Source: Candidatus Peribacteria bacterium
GTDB lineage: Bacteria; Patescibacteriota; Gracilibacteria; Peribacterales; Peribacteraceae
Length of the DNA stretch: 28,468 nucleotides
Assembly: GCA_041691135.1 (NCBI GenBank)
Contig: JBEPVF010000016.1
Span: 1-28,468 of the forward strand
Direction: 5' to 3'
Below are positions 16,087-25,001 of this stretch, piece by piece. The notes beneath the pieces are model-generated. The model saw only the letters and a list, made by a program, of their open reading frames with translations. It was not told the origin of the DNA and made no database searches. Made by a program: the position numbers and the translations under genes. Within the stretch, counting starts at the first letter, position 1, and each line of letters begins with the position of its first letter.

Positions 16087-18564
16087 TTACTTGATCTCCG
16101 TCATCGTGTTGCCCGATTGATTCACTTCGGTAGGCGTAATGGTTTCCTTGATCCAGATGAAATGACCAGCATGATTACTGAGCGTATTATTTGTGATCGA
16201 GAGATTCTTCACGAGACCGAGAACTGAGTTGACGCCGATACTGTAGTCACCGCCAGTGACTTCGTTGCCGCTGATTTCTCCCTGGTCGATATCATTTACC
16301 TGTATTGCCCCTTCCTTGTTCGGAACATCGTAGTAAGTGACTTTATTATTCTTGATGATCAGTCCGTTTACTCGACTGGCACCGATACCGCCTTCGCCGA
16401 TCACCGTGTTATTGGTGATCGTCACACGTTTGTCGATGATCTGCTTTACGGCGCTATTGGAACCGACTGATATACCGCAGCCGTAGTTGTCCTGGAATGT
16501 GTTTCCGCTGACTAGAATGTCCTGCAGGATATCGCCTATACGGTTGGATTCGATGTCGATGCCGCAGCCGCCTGCAGCGGTACCTCCGCCATGGGTGGCT
16601 ACGTTGTTTATGACACTCAGGCGCTGTCCCTGAATGAGCGCGATATTTACGCGGTCGTTGTTATCCAGGGTATTTCCCTCGATGGTGATGTCCTGAGGCA
16701 CATATGGAGACGTGCCTGCGACGTAGATGCCATCGCCTATGGAGCCAAGGATGTCGGAATCAGGCATATTCTTGATTGTCAGACCTTTTATCAGGACAGA
16801 CTGTGCACCGGTACCGATATGGATACCGTAACGGCCAGCCGTCGGTGATGTTTTCTTGTCACCATCGATCATTCCAGGTCCCAGAATACTGACATCGGTG
16901 GCACATTCGATGCGGATCACCCCTTTCCAGGTCAGAGTCGGTCCAGCCTTCAAGATGGCTCCATCAGCCAGGGTCACCTGTTTATAGCTGGAATCGATAT
17001 AGATTTGCGTGCCGATAAGATACGTACCAGCCGGTATCAGGATATTTCGGATATTTTGAGCTGCAGCGTACTTTATGGCTGCATTGATAGCAGGTCCATC
17101 GTCTGTCACGCCGTCTGCTTTTGCTAGCAGGATAGGAGTGCTTCCGTCGGGGTTCTTGTATCCTTTGACATTCAACACCTGGTCGCTGACCTGAGTTGGC
17201 GGGGGAGGCAGTGGCTTGCACATGCCGGCTGCGCTGTAGACGGTCGGTGGCAGTGAGGGGGCGGACGTTGCGACGGAAGAATTTGTACCAGATGTGACGG
17301 AGCATGATACTTTTATCGGGTCGGAAGCGGCTGCATTGTTGATGGTATTCGGATCCTTGTCCGGACCGCTCGCAAGTCCTGTCATTTTTTCGATCTGTCC
17401 GGTGCACATGCTGATGGCAACGTCAAAGGAGATAGTGGAAGTAGAAACTGCACCTACAGCCAGTGCAAGGCCTGTGCTACAGGTCAGTATCCTGCCGTTC
17501 ACGCCGCACAGAGGGTTGTCCGAACTGTTGAATGTCAGGCCGTTTGGAATCGGTAGGCTGAAGCTTGCCGGTTTGGTGGCATCCTGCGGACCTGCGTTTG
17601 TGACAACCACCTTATACAACGCAGCCTCCGATCCATACGACACCTGTTTGCTCACAGCGTTGATGCCGAGTGTGATATCGGAGCCGACGGCTGCGGCTGC
17701 GTTCACGTTCACGCCGCACGGAAAACCGATGTTGATGCCGTTTTGCTGTACCTGGTAGACGACTGTTTGGAAGTCCGATACCTTTGGCGTATACGTCGTA
17801 TGGAATGTGATTTTGCCACCCGGTGGTACCGCTTGCGGCAGCGGAACGTTTGTCGAGAGTCCCATCTGGTGCAACTGATTGCCTTGGGGAGTCCATGTAC
17901 TGTTGCCCGTATTCTGATAGGTGATATCGATAGGCAATGGAACACCTACTTTCGCATCGAGTGTTGTTGCGGAGATTGGGGAACACGTCGCACCGAGCAG
18001 GTAGTACTTGTCGCTGGTTCTTAGTACACGTATGCCATCGGCCATCACCTGCCCGACTGCGCCGGCATTGCCGATTTGCACCGTAATAGTGCCGTCAGTA
18101 CTTGCGGCCCAGCCGATCAACTGCCATACCGCGCCATCCACCGTATCGCCTTGCGGAGGGATATTCTGGCCCACTGGCGAAAGACTGACATCCTTTTTAC
18201 CGGTATTGATAAGGTAGGACGCATTCCAGGCAAAGCTCTTTAGAGACTTTGCATTTGCATTCCACGTCGCAAACACTTTGTAGCTCCCGATGGGGAGCTT
18301 TGTAAACGTCCACGTTCCCGTATTCTTAGTATCTGTCGGTATTAGATATCTATATTGCTGTTTGTAGGCGAGCGGATCGTTGGCTACATGCCAGTCGCCA
18401 TTTTGGGCCGTGAACCCCGGCGCGCCCATGCTGTCATCGATGATGATACTGCCGTCTCCGCCGATGAGGCTCGCTTGGAAAACGAATACAATACTGATGA
18501 TCGTCACTGCTACAACAGACGCGAGCAACGCAATCATCAAGTATTGTTTTTTCCTGAGACGCAT
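16087..18564 (-). CDS. Membrane-anchored multidomain protein: golvesin/Xly CBD-like, Ig-like, DUF11-like and right-handed beta-helix (pectin lyase fold)
   Basis: N-terminal TM; IIIDD...GDW...GSYKVFATW...VMADGIR; YQNTGNSTWT; VTNAGPQDA...DPNTINN; ADGVTDDGPAINAAI...IPAGTYLI; repeated I..N beta-helix rungs. Confidence 0.8.
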   Translation of the reverse strand: MRLRKKQYLMIALLASVVAVTIISIVFVFQASLIGGDGSIIIDDSMGAPGFTAQNGDWHVANDPLAYKQQYRYLIPTDTKNTGTWTFTKLPIGSYKVFATWNANAKSLKSFAWNASYLINTGKKDVSLSPVGQNIPPQGDTVDGAVWQLIGWAASTDGTITVQIGNAGAVGQVMADGIRVLRTSDKYYLLGATCSPISATTLDAKVGVPLPIDITYQNTGNSTWTPQGNQLHQMGLSTNVPLPQAVPPGGKITFHTTYTPKVSDFQTVVYQVQQNGINIGFPCGVNVNAAAAVGSDITLGINAVSKQVSYGSEAALYKVVVTNAGPQDATKPASFSLPIPNGLTFNSSDNPLCGVNGRILTCSTGLALAVGAVSTSTISFDVAISMCTGQIEKMTGLASGPDKDPNTINNAAASDPIKVSCSVTSGTNSSVATSAPSLPPTVYSAAGMCKPLPPPPTQVSDQVLNVKGYKNPDGSTPILLAKADGVTDDGPAINAAIKYAAAQNIRNILIPAGTYLIGTQIYIDSSYKQVTLADGAILKAGPTLTWKGVIRIECATDVSILGPGMIDGDKKTSPTAGRYGIHIGTGAQSVLIKGLTIKNMPDSDILGSIGDGIYVAGTSPYVPQDITIEGNTLDNNDRVNIALIQGQRLSVINNVATHGGGTAAGGCGIDIESNRIGDILQDILVSGNTFQDNYGCGISVGSNSAVKQIIDKRVTITNNTVIGEGGIGASRVNGLIIKNNKVTYYDVPNKEGAIQVNDIDQGEISGNEVTGGDYSIGVNSVLGLVKNLSITNNTLSNHAGHFIWIKETITPTEVNQSGNTMTEIK

Positions 18565-18654
18565 ACGTGGATTGGGTATTGATATTAAATAGATTATATC
18601 ATTTTTTTAATAAAATAGCCATTACGTGCCAAGGAAAGGCTCAAAAATTGAAAC

Positions 18655-18915
18655 TTATAGTCCAACTGGGGTCGTTGTCTGCGGCTGTATCCCCGGAATC
18701 AAGGAGACAATCGGCCACAGCAGAAACTGCAGTGTGTCCGTCATGTACGCCACGCTCCAGAAAAAGCCGATGAGTCCCAAGATAATGACGAGGTTGTAGA
18801 CGCCGCCTACTTTCTGCATCCATTCGGCGTCGCCGATCATATCGCCCACCCGTTCGCGGTACTTCATCATGGCGAACGATGCCACAATGCCGAGGAGACC
18901 GAAAATGATGCGCAT
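18655..18915 (-). CDS. Small integral membrane protein (86 aa; start re-called at MRIIFG)
   Basis: Two to three hydrophobic segments; its ATG overlaps the trxA stop (TGATG). Confidence 0.8.
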   Translation of the reverse strand: MRIIFGLLGIVASFAMMKYRERVGDMIGDAEWMQKVGGVYNLVIILGLIGFFWSVAYMTDTLQFLLWPIVSLIPGIQPQTTTPVGL

Positions 18916-19235
18916 CAGGCGATGGCGGATTCGACTTCGCTCTTCATATCTTCCTTCGACTTCGCGCCTACGAATTGCGCGCGCATTTCGCCGCCCTTGA
19001 AGATGACGAAGGTGGGAATGCTCATCACGTTGTACTTGCCCGGCACGGTATTGTTTTCGTCGACGTTCATCTTGGCAATCTTCACCTTGTCGCCCCACTC
19101 TGCGCTCAACTCCTCGATGATCGGATTCATGGCTTTGCAGGGGCCGCACCACGGAGCCCAGAAATCAACAAGGACAGGCGCATCTGCCTGCAGGACTTCT
19201 GTATCGAAGGTGGCGTCGGTGACATCGTGGGCCAT
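18915..19235 (-). CDS. trxA: Thioredoxin (start re-called at MAHDVTD)
   Basis: VLVDFWAPWCGPCK and SIPT motifs; 106 aa. Confidence 0.96.
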   Translation of the reverse strand: MAHDVTDATFDTEVLQADAPVLVDFWAPWCGPCKAMNPIIEELSAEWGDKVKIAKMNVDENNTVPGKYNVMSIPTFVIFKGGEMRAQFVGAKSKEDMKSEVESAIA

Positions 19236-19296
19236 GAAGGTCGGGGGAAATTGTTCGAGAAGTATAGGCTTCTTCGGATGAATTGAGAACTGAATC

Positions 19297-20577
19297 TCAT
19301 TCAATGCCTCGCGTCAGAATGCTGTGCGTAATTTGCTTTCCCATTTCTACGCCCGGTTGTCCGTACGGATCGATGCGGTAGAGCTTACCCAGGAAGGCGG
19401 CTTCGGTGAGCATGATGAAGAACAGTTGTCCCAAGTGGTACGCGTCGAGACGCGGGAGGGCGATGGTCACTGACGGACGCTTTACATTGGCGAGTGCCTG
19501 GCTGGTGCCTTCGTAACAGGCGTCGAGCAGTTGGCCGAACGTCTTGCCGGCGATGAACTTGTAGGCGGGGTCGATATCCGACGGCACTTCCAGACGCGGT
19601 TTTTCGATCTCGGTGATGAACAGGTGCCACATTTTGCGCGGGCCCTGCATCCATTGCTGAAGTAGGGAATGCTGATCCTGTGTACCGATAGCGGCGAGGG
19701 GGATCGGATTCCAGGTTTGCGTCTTGCCCAGGCTTTCGGCAATCAATTGCTGATTCCAACGTGCAAGCGATTGCAGACGCTGGCTGTAGGGCATGATCAC
19801 GCGCACAGGATAATCGCGTTTGGTGTCGAGCAGGAATTGCATCGCCGCGAGCATCGCCGCCGGATTGTCATCTAGGTTCGGTTCCTGACATAGGGTGTCC
19901 ATTTCTTTGGCACCGCGCACAAAACCGTCGACATCCGCTTCCAACAGCGCCAGCGAAAGCAGGCCAATAGGCGTGAAGATCGAGAAGCGCCCGCCCACGG
20001 CCGGTGGCAGAGGCAGCATGTGAATACCTTGGTCCAGGCAAAAATCATGCAGAAAACCTTTCTCGGGATCGGTGATCGCAATCACACGTTCGTAGGCTTT
20101 GTCTTTGCGTACTTTTTTCAATTCTTCGTAGCACAGGAAGAACAAGCTCATCGGCTCCAGCGTCTCGCCGGACTTGCTGGCAATCACCACCAGTGTCGAG
20201 CGCCAGTTCACGATTTTCATCATTCGAAGGAGCGCGGTTGGGTCCAACGTATCGAGGACAATGAAGTCCACCGATTCGGGTTCCTCGAACACTTCCTGGA
20301 TCACGCGCGGTCCCAGGCCCGATCCGCCGATGCCGATCCAGACGATCGTCTGAATACCTTCGCCTTTAATGCTCATGGCGGCTTCCTTCACTCGATCGAT
20401 TGTCTGTTTGTCATACGGATCCATCGACCAGGCATGTTCGCCTTTTTGACGTTCGCTCAGCCAATCAGTGATGTGCCGGCGCATCGGTGTGTGGAGCGCC
20501 GTCAGCTCCTGGTCGGGAATGCCCATCGAGGGCGTGATGGCTTTTCCCATCGCGAGAGCAGTGTCTAAGTGAAGCAT
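19297..20577 (-). CDS. pgi: Glucose-6-phosphate isomerase
   Basis: IGIGGSGLG, ASKSGETLE, VGGRFS, QLIAESLGK, DQHSLLQ and DPYGQPGVEMGK. Confidence 0.93.
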   Translation of the reverse strand: MLHLDTALAMGKAITPSMGIPDQELTALHTPMRRHITDWLSERQKGEHAWSMDPYDKQTIDRVKEAAMSIKGEGIQTIVWIGIGGSGLGPRVIQEVFEEPESVDFIVLDTLDPTALLRMMKIVNWRSTLVVIASKSGETLEPMSLFFLCYEELKKVRKDKAYERVIAITDPEKGFLHDFCLDQGIHMLPLPPAVGGRFSIFTPIGLLSLALLEADVDGFVRGAKEMDTLCQEPNLDDNPAAMLAAMQFLLDTKRDYPVRVIMPYSQRLQSLARWNQQLIAESLGKTQTWNPIPLAAIGTQDQHSLLQQWMQGPRKMWHLFITEIEKPRLEVPSDIDPAYKFIAGKTFGQLLDACYEGTSQALANVKRPSVTIALPRLDAYHLGQLFFIMLTEAAFLGKLYRIDPYGQPGVEMGKQITHSILTRGIE

Positions 20578-20717
20578 GGGGGGATGATAGCAGAGGTAAG
20601 GTCAGGAGGGAGAAAAAGATTGTTACAAAAAAGTGAGAATTGAAAATAGAGAGGAAGAATCATGGCAGTTATTCTACTGCGATGATTGCTTCCAATATTC
20701 TCAATTACCGAGGTCTT

Positions 20718-21299
20718 TCATAATGATCGCAGTGCTGCTGCCACTCTCTCTTCGGTCGTCGCGACATCCGCCGGTAAATCTTTGAGCACCTGCAGAATCG
20801 TGGGGGTGTCGTAGCCCAAAGAGGTGAGGGCCGACACGGCATCCTGGTCGTATTGGGATGCGCGGGGCAGGTCGGGACCGTTCTCGCCGAAGATGTCGGG
20901 GTGTTTTTCCACCAGCGAACGCAATTCAATCAGCAGTTTTTCGGCTGTCTTTTTGCCAATGCCTTTGACGGAGGTGAGGATACTTTCGTCCTGCGTATGA
21001 ATGGCGGTGAGGAGCATGCTGCGTGGCACGGCGCATAACTCCAGCGCCAGGCGCGGGCCGATGCCCTGTTTCTTGATCAGCTCCTCAAACAATGTGCGGC
21101 CGGCACGGTCGGGAAAGCCGAATAAATCCAGCCGATCTTCGCGGATGTAGGTCGAAATCCAGACCATCTGAATGCTTCCTTCCTTCAGCAGATCCCACGC
21201 GTCGATCGGCACAGTCACGCGGTAACCGACGCCTTGCACGTCGACGGTGATTTCGCCGGGATCGAGTCGGTGGATAGAGCCGCGGAGGTGAGCGATCAT
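20718..21299 (-). CDS. ruvA: Holliday junction branch migration protein RuvA (start re-called at MIAHLRG)
   Basis: VQGVGYRV, IRED..DLFGF, HhH motifs GIGPRLAL and GIGKKTAE, C-terminal ALTSLGY. Confidence 0.96.
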   Translation of the reverse strand: MIAHLRGSIHRLDPGEITVDVQGVGYRVTVPIDAWDLLKEGSIQMVWISTYIREDRLDLFGFPDRAGRTLFEELIKKQGIGPRLALELCAVPRSMLLTAIHTQDESILTSVKGIGKKTAEKLLIELRSLVEKHPDIFGENGPDLPRASQYDQDAVSALTSLGYDTPTILQVLKDLPADVATTEERVAAALRSL

Positions 21300-21484
21300 G
21301 CTACGAACGGTAGCAGAGGTGACCGAGGTGACAAGAGTGACCGAAGAGAAAGATTGTGAGGAATTAGGAGGAATTCTGTTCTTCGTTTTCCTCATCCTCT
21401 GCCACGTCGGTCACCTTTGTCACATCTGGATCGGTATTTTCGCATTCTAGTGTAGAAGCTATTAATATGGTATAATTGTAAGAA

Positions 21485-22732
21485 ATGCACATCAATTCCT
21501 TCAACCGTACCGTCGTGGCAGGCGTTCTGCTGACACTGTTGGTGCCGGCGCTGGGTTTGGCTGATACGGTTGTCACTTCGCTTCGCTCTACCAATGCGCA
21601 GGATGCGCAGACGCTCACGCAACAGCTGCTGAAGGACAGGAAGCAACAGGTACAGAACCTGGCGTCACGCAAACGGTATTTGCGCCTGCACATTGTGCGT
21701 CTGAATCAGGAAATTGCGGTGGATCAGAAACGCTTGTCGGGAGCGCTCCTTCAGCTGGAGACGACGCAAGTGGATTTGGATAGCGAGACGAAGCGCCTGC
21801 TCGAATTCATTCGCTACGTACATTTGCGTCAGCAAACGACAACCGATGTAGGACCACGTGCCGTGCGCACGCTCTTCAGTACGATGATCGGTCGAACACT
21901 AGGCCAGCAGGTGGATGATGATTTGCGCAGTACGGCACTCCGCCGGGCGCGCGAAGAATTACTGTCATCTCTGCAGGGATCGACGATCGACGAAAAACGC
22001 CTGTTGATTCAGTTGGATTCCACCGTCGTGGCGATGTCGGCGGATCTCGAAAAAACACGCAAGCAGTACGCCGATGTGCAGAAGAAATATGACGAGGCAT
22101 TCCGTGGATTGCAGGTGGCTCTGGGCCAGGCCGATGTGTCGGACGAAGCCAAGCAGGAAGAGCGCGCCGTCGTTGCCGATATCCGCGGAGAAGTGGCGCG
22201 TGCGCAGGAAAAATTGCAGCGTCTGCAAGTGCGCAGTGAGCGCGATGCAGAGCGTGACCTGTTCCGCCTCAAACTGTTCGATCCGCGACCGGGCACACAC
22301 TTGGAAACAGCCTCGCCGGCCGACAAACTGGATTTCATGTGGCCAGTCAACGGTCCGGTCTCGGCCGGGTTCAACGATGCGAGTTACCTCAAGCACTTCG
22401 GCTTTCCGCATCATGCCGTCGACATCGTGACGTACCAGGGAACGCCGGTACAGGCGGCGGCCAAGGGAGTGGTGTTCGTGGTGCGCGATGGCGGAGCAAA
22501 AGGCTTCTCGTACATCCTGCTCGGACACGCCAATGGCTACACCACCCTGTACGGACATCTGTCGGTGTTGAGCGTGCAGGCCGGACAGGAAATCGATAAG
22601 GGACAGGTGATCGGCTACAGCGGTGGCACGCCCGGGACGCACGGCGCCGGTCCATCCACCACCGGACCGCATTTGCACTTCGAAGTGACGCAGAACGGTG
22701 TGTACGTGAATCCGATTACAGTGTTGCCGTAA
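21485..22732 (+). CDS. Coiled-coil M23 peptidase (murein hydrolase/EnvC-like architecture)
   Basis: Signal peptide, long coiled coil, WPV, HHAVD (HxxxD), YGHLS and TGPHLHFE (HxH). Confidence 0.9.
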   Translation: MHINSFNRTVVAGVLLTLLVPALGLADTVVTSLRSTNAQDAQTLTQQLLKDRKQQVQNLASRKRYLRLHIVRLNQEIAVDQKRLSGALLQLETTQVDLDSETKRLLEFIRYVHLRQQTTTDVGPRAVRTLFSTMIGRTLGQQVDDDLRSTALRRAREELLSSLQGSTIDEKRLLIQLDSTVVAMSADLEKTRKQYADVQKKYDEAFRGLQVALGQADVSDEAKQEERAVVADIRGEVARAQEKLQRLQVRSERDAERDLFRLKLFDPRPGTHLETASPADKLDFMWPVNGPVSAGFNDASYLKHFGFPHHAVDIVTYQGTPVQAAAKGVVFVVRDGGAKGFSYILLGHANGYTTLYGHLSVLSVQAGQEIDKGQVIGYSGGTPGTHGAGPSTTGPHLHFEVTQNGVYVNPITVLP

Positions 22733-22818
22733 GTATTTTCTGAGGATCGCCTCAGTAAAAATCGTTCAGAAGTTGTTTGTATGTTGACATTCCGTCAGTG
22801 AATTTTACCGTAGGGACA

Positions 22819-23697
22819 ATGGACAGTGCTGAATCGTTATCGGAAGGCAAAAGCAATATTTTACTCTCGCCGAATGCGTCGTCGAAAGTAGTACGTAACG
22901 TGCAGGAATCACTGCAGGAGGGTTTAAGAGATGTATTGCGCACAGTACATCTGAACGCCGACAATCTAAGAGCGAAGACTCGCCTGGTGAAAACGCCAGA
23001 AAGAAAAAGTCGTAAGGCTCGTTTCCGCTTACCAACCCAGCAGCCGCATGTGTGGGTCGTTTCTTGTAACGATGCGCCTTATGAATTGCGAGATTGCTTC
23101 CGGTATATTGTTAATTGCCAAGATTACCCGACACTCGGGGTAGTCATAGAAGAGATTCGTGCGGCCTTGCAGCGCTTGCCTGCGAATATGCATGATGCTT
23201 TGCTCGACTGGCAGCAGGAATTTGGAGATATGTACGAATTGGATGCGGAAGGCCGGTGGCCTGCCGGTGTGTGCCAGGTCGAGTACGATGAATTCTGCGC
23301 GATAGAATTGGCAGCTGATTCTGATGAATATTTTCTGCATGAAGATATATTTGATGCCAGTACAGAAGAATCACCTAATAAACACGGATCATCACCTTTT
23401 CTCCAGAAAGTCACCGCTATTAAAGAAGCCCGGCAGCAATTGATTGCGGCGATGGAAGAAAGTCAACATGACTGCGAGTTACGTGATCCGGTCTATCTTG
23501 CTTTTCCACCAGATGAAGCATGGAGGGTACACATTAAATATACGTGTCGTCTTTCGGATTACGCCATTCTTAAGAATAAACTATGCAAAGAAGATTCCTC
23601 TCAGATTTTTTTCGTAGAGCAGTTGCCATGTGGCCCTGGCGTCATTGAAGAATTCGTATTTTCTCGTGAGTATTGCCTGGAAAGAAGCTTCGGTTGA
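22819..23697 (+). CDS. Hypothetical acidic protein (292 aa; start re-called at MDSAES)
   Basis: Long ORF; TTGACA (22784-22789), 16 nt, TACCGT (22806-22811), 7 nt, ATG. Confidence 0.7.
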   Translation: MDSAESLSEGKSNILLSPNASSKVVRNVQESLQEGLRDVLRTVHLNADNLRAKTRLVKTPERKSRKARFRLPTQQPHVWVVSCNDAPYELRDCFRYIVNCQDYPTLGVVIEEIRAALQRLPANMHDALLDWQQEFGDMYELDAEGRWPAGVCQVEYDEFCAIELAADSDEYFLHEDIFDASTEESPNKHGSSPFLQKVTAIKEARQQLIAAMEESQHDCELRDPVYLAFPPDEAWRVHIKYTCRLSDYAILKNKLCKEDSSQIFFVEQLPCGPGVIEEFVFSREYCLERSFG

Positions 23698-23768
23698 TTC
23701 TCTATAACTTGGATGTGCCTGTGACCATGTGTGGAGCGTACGGTAGCAGGGGAGACCCCATAAGTTAC

Positions 23769-24434
23769 TTATGCTGGTCCGATCACCACCACAAACTCGC
23801 CTTTTTTTGTTATCTGCAGCGACGAAAGACGTTCTACAGTTGTCGATAACACCTCTTCGTATAGCTTGGTCAGTTCGCGTGCCACGACGATGGGTCGCTG
23901 AGGCTGATCTTTGAGCGCCTCGGAAAGCTCGTGGAGTGTTTTTTCGATGCGATGGACGGATTCGTAGAAGACAATTGTGCGTTCTTCGTTCTTCAACGAT
24001 TCAAGCAGTGTCTTGCGTCCTTTTTTGAGCGGCAAGAATCCCAAGTACATGAATTGATTGATCGGCAGTCCGCTGGCGCTGAGTGCAGCCAGAAAAGCCG
24101 ACGGTCCGGGGATCACTTCGATCTGTATTCCTGCCTCACGTGCTGCCGAGACGATGGCATAGCCCGGATCACTGATGCCCGGCGTACCCGCGTCACTCAC
24201 CAGGGCAAAATGTTCTTCTTTCCTTAAGCGTTCAATGAGCCATGTCACTTTGCCCGCGTCACTGTAGCCGTGCAGGCTGATGAGTTCTTTTTTGGGAATC
24301 TCCAACTGCTTGAGCAGATTGCCCGTTACCCGCGTGTCTTCGCAGACAATGGCGCCACATTTCTTGAGCGTTTCGATAGCGCGGAGCGTGATATCTCCTA
24401 AATTGCCGATAGGTGTCGAAACGATGGAAAGCAT
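23769..24434 (-). CDS. rsmI: 16S rRNA (cytidine1402-2'-O)-methyltransferase
   Basis: VSTPIGNLGDITLRA, CEDTR, LVSDAGTPGISDPG, IPGPSA and ARELTKLYEE. Confidence 0.96.
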   Translation of the reverse strand: MLSIVSTPIGNLGDITLRAIETLKKCGAIVCEDTRVTGNLLKQLEIPKKELISLHGYSDAGKVTWLIERLRKEEHFALVSDAGTPGISDPGYAIVSAAREAGIQIEVIPGPSAFLAALSASGLPINQFMYLGFLPLKKGRKTLLESLKNEERTIVFYESVHRIEKTLHELSEALKDQPQRPIVVARELTKLYEEVLSTTVERLSSLQITKKGEFVVVIGPA

Positions 24435-24537
24435 AGGCTACTAGCATACGCGATTGGCACTTCCTTCATAGTTCATACACACAATGAAGTGTGTATTTCT
24501 TGCATTCCGTTCTTTCTTGATGAAAAATGCCCGCCCA

Positions 24538-24915
24538 ATGTCTCTGGAGCAATCATCATTTGGCGCCAATAATAAGAAAGAAGCTGTGCTCAGTCAGGCA
24601 GAGATTGCAGCGAGATTACATCAGATGGCCGATAGCGGCTCACGGGGCTATGCATGTCTTGTGAATTTTGCCAGTCTCCGTGGTCAGGACTATGCGCCGG
24701 ATCAAGGAGTACTCAAAGAATTGCTTGATAATGGTATTATCAATCGCAAATTTGATTTCTTGGTAGATCCTGCAACGCTTCAGTCTGTAATGGAACAGAG
24801 GGAGAAAATGGATTGCTCTTTCAAAGGTCAAAGATTTATTGGAGTGCCTCGCAATGCCACGCCTCGAAGCTGGGAAATAGACACACCGCCCATGATTCGT
24901 CTCTTGGATCAGTGA
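24538..24915 (+). CDS. Hypothetical protein (start uncertain: 24484, 24520 or 24538)
   Basis: ORF fills the rsmI-gyrA gap; no recognisable motif. Confidence 0.55.
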   Translation: MSLEQSSFGANNKKEAVLSQAEIAARLHQMADSGSRGYACLVNFASLRGQDYAPDQGVLKELLDNGIINRKFDFLVDPATLQSVMEQREKMDCSFKGQRFIGVPRNATPRSWEIDTPPMIRLLDQ

Positions 24916-25001
24916 TCGTGAAAAGAACACAATTTTGCCTCACACGCTTGGATTTATTGCGAAATACGCTATTCTAATCTGGAACTCACCCGCCTTTTCT
25001 T

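Noticed and set aside
186-21423. CRISPR array
   Set aside because: The repeats are 7-9 bp tandem units without unique spacers, and there are no cas genes.
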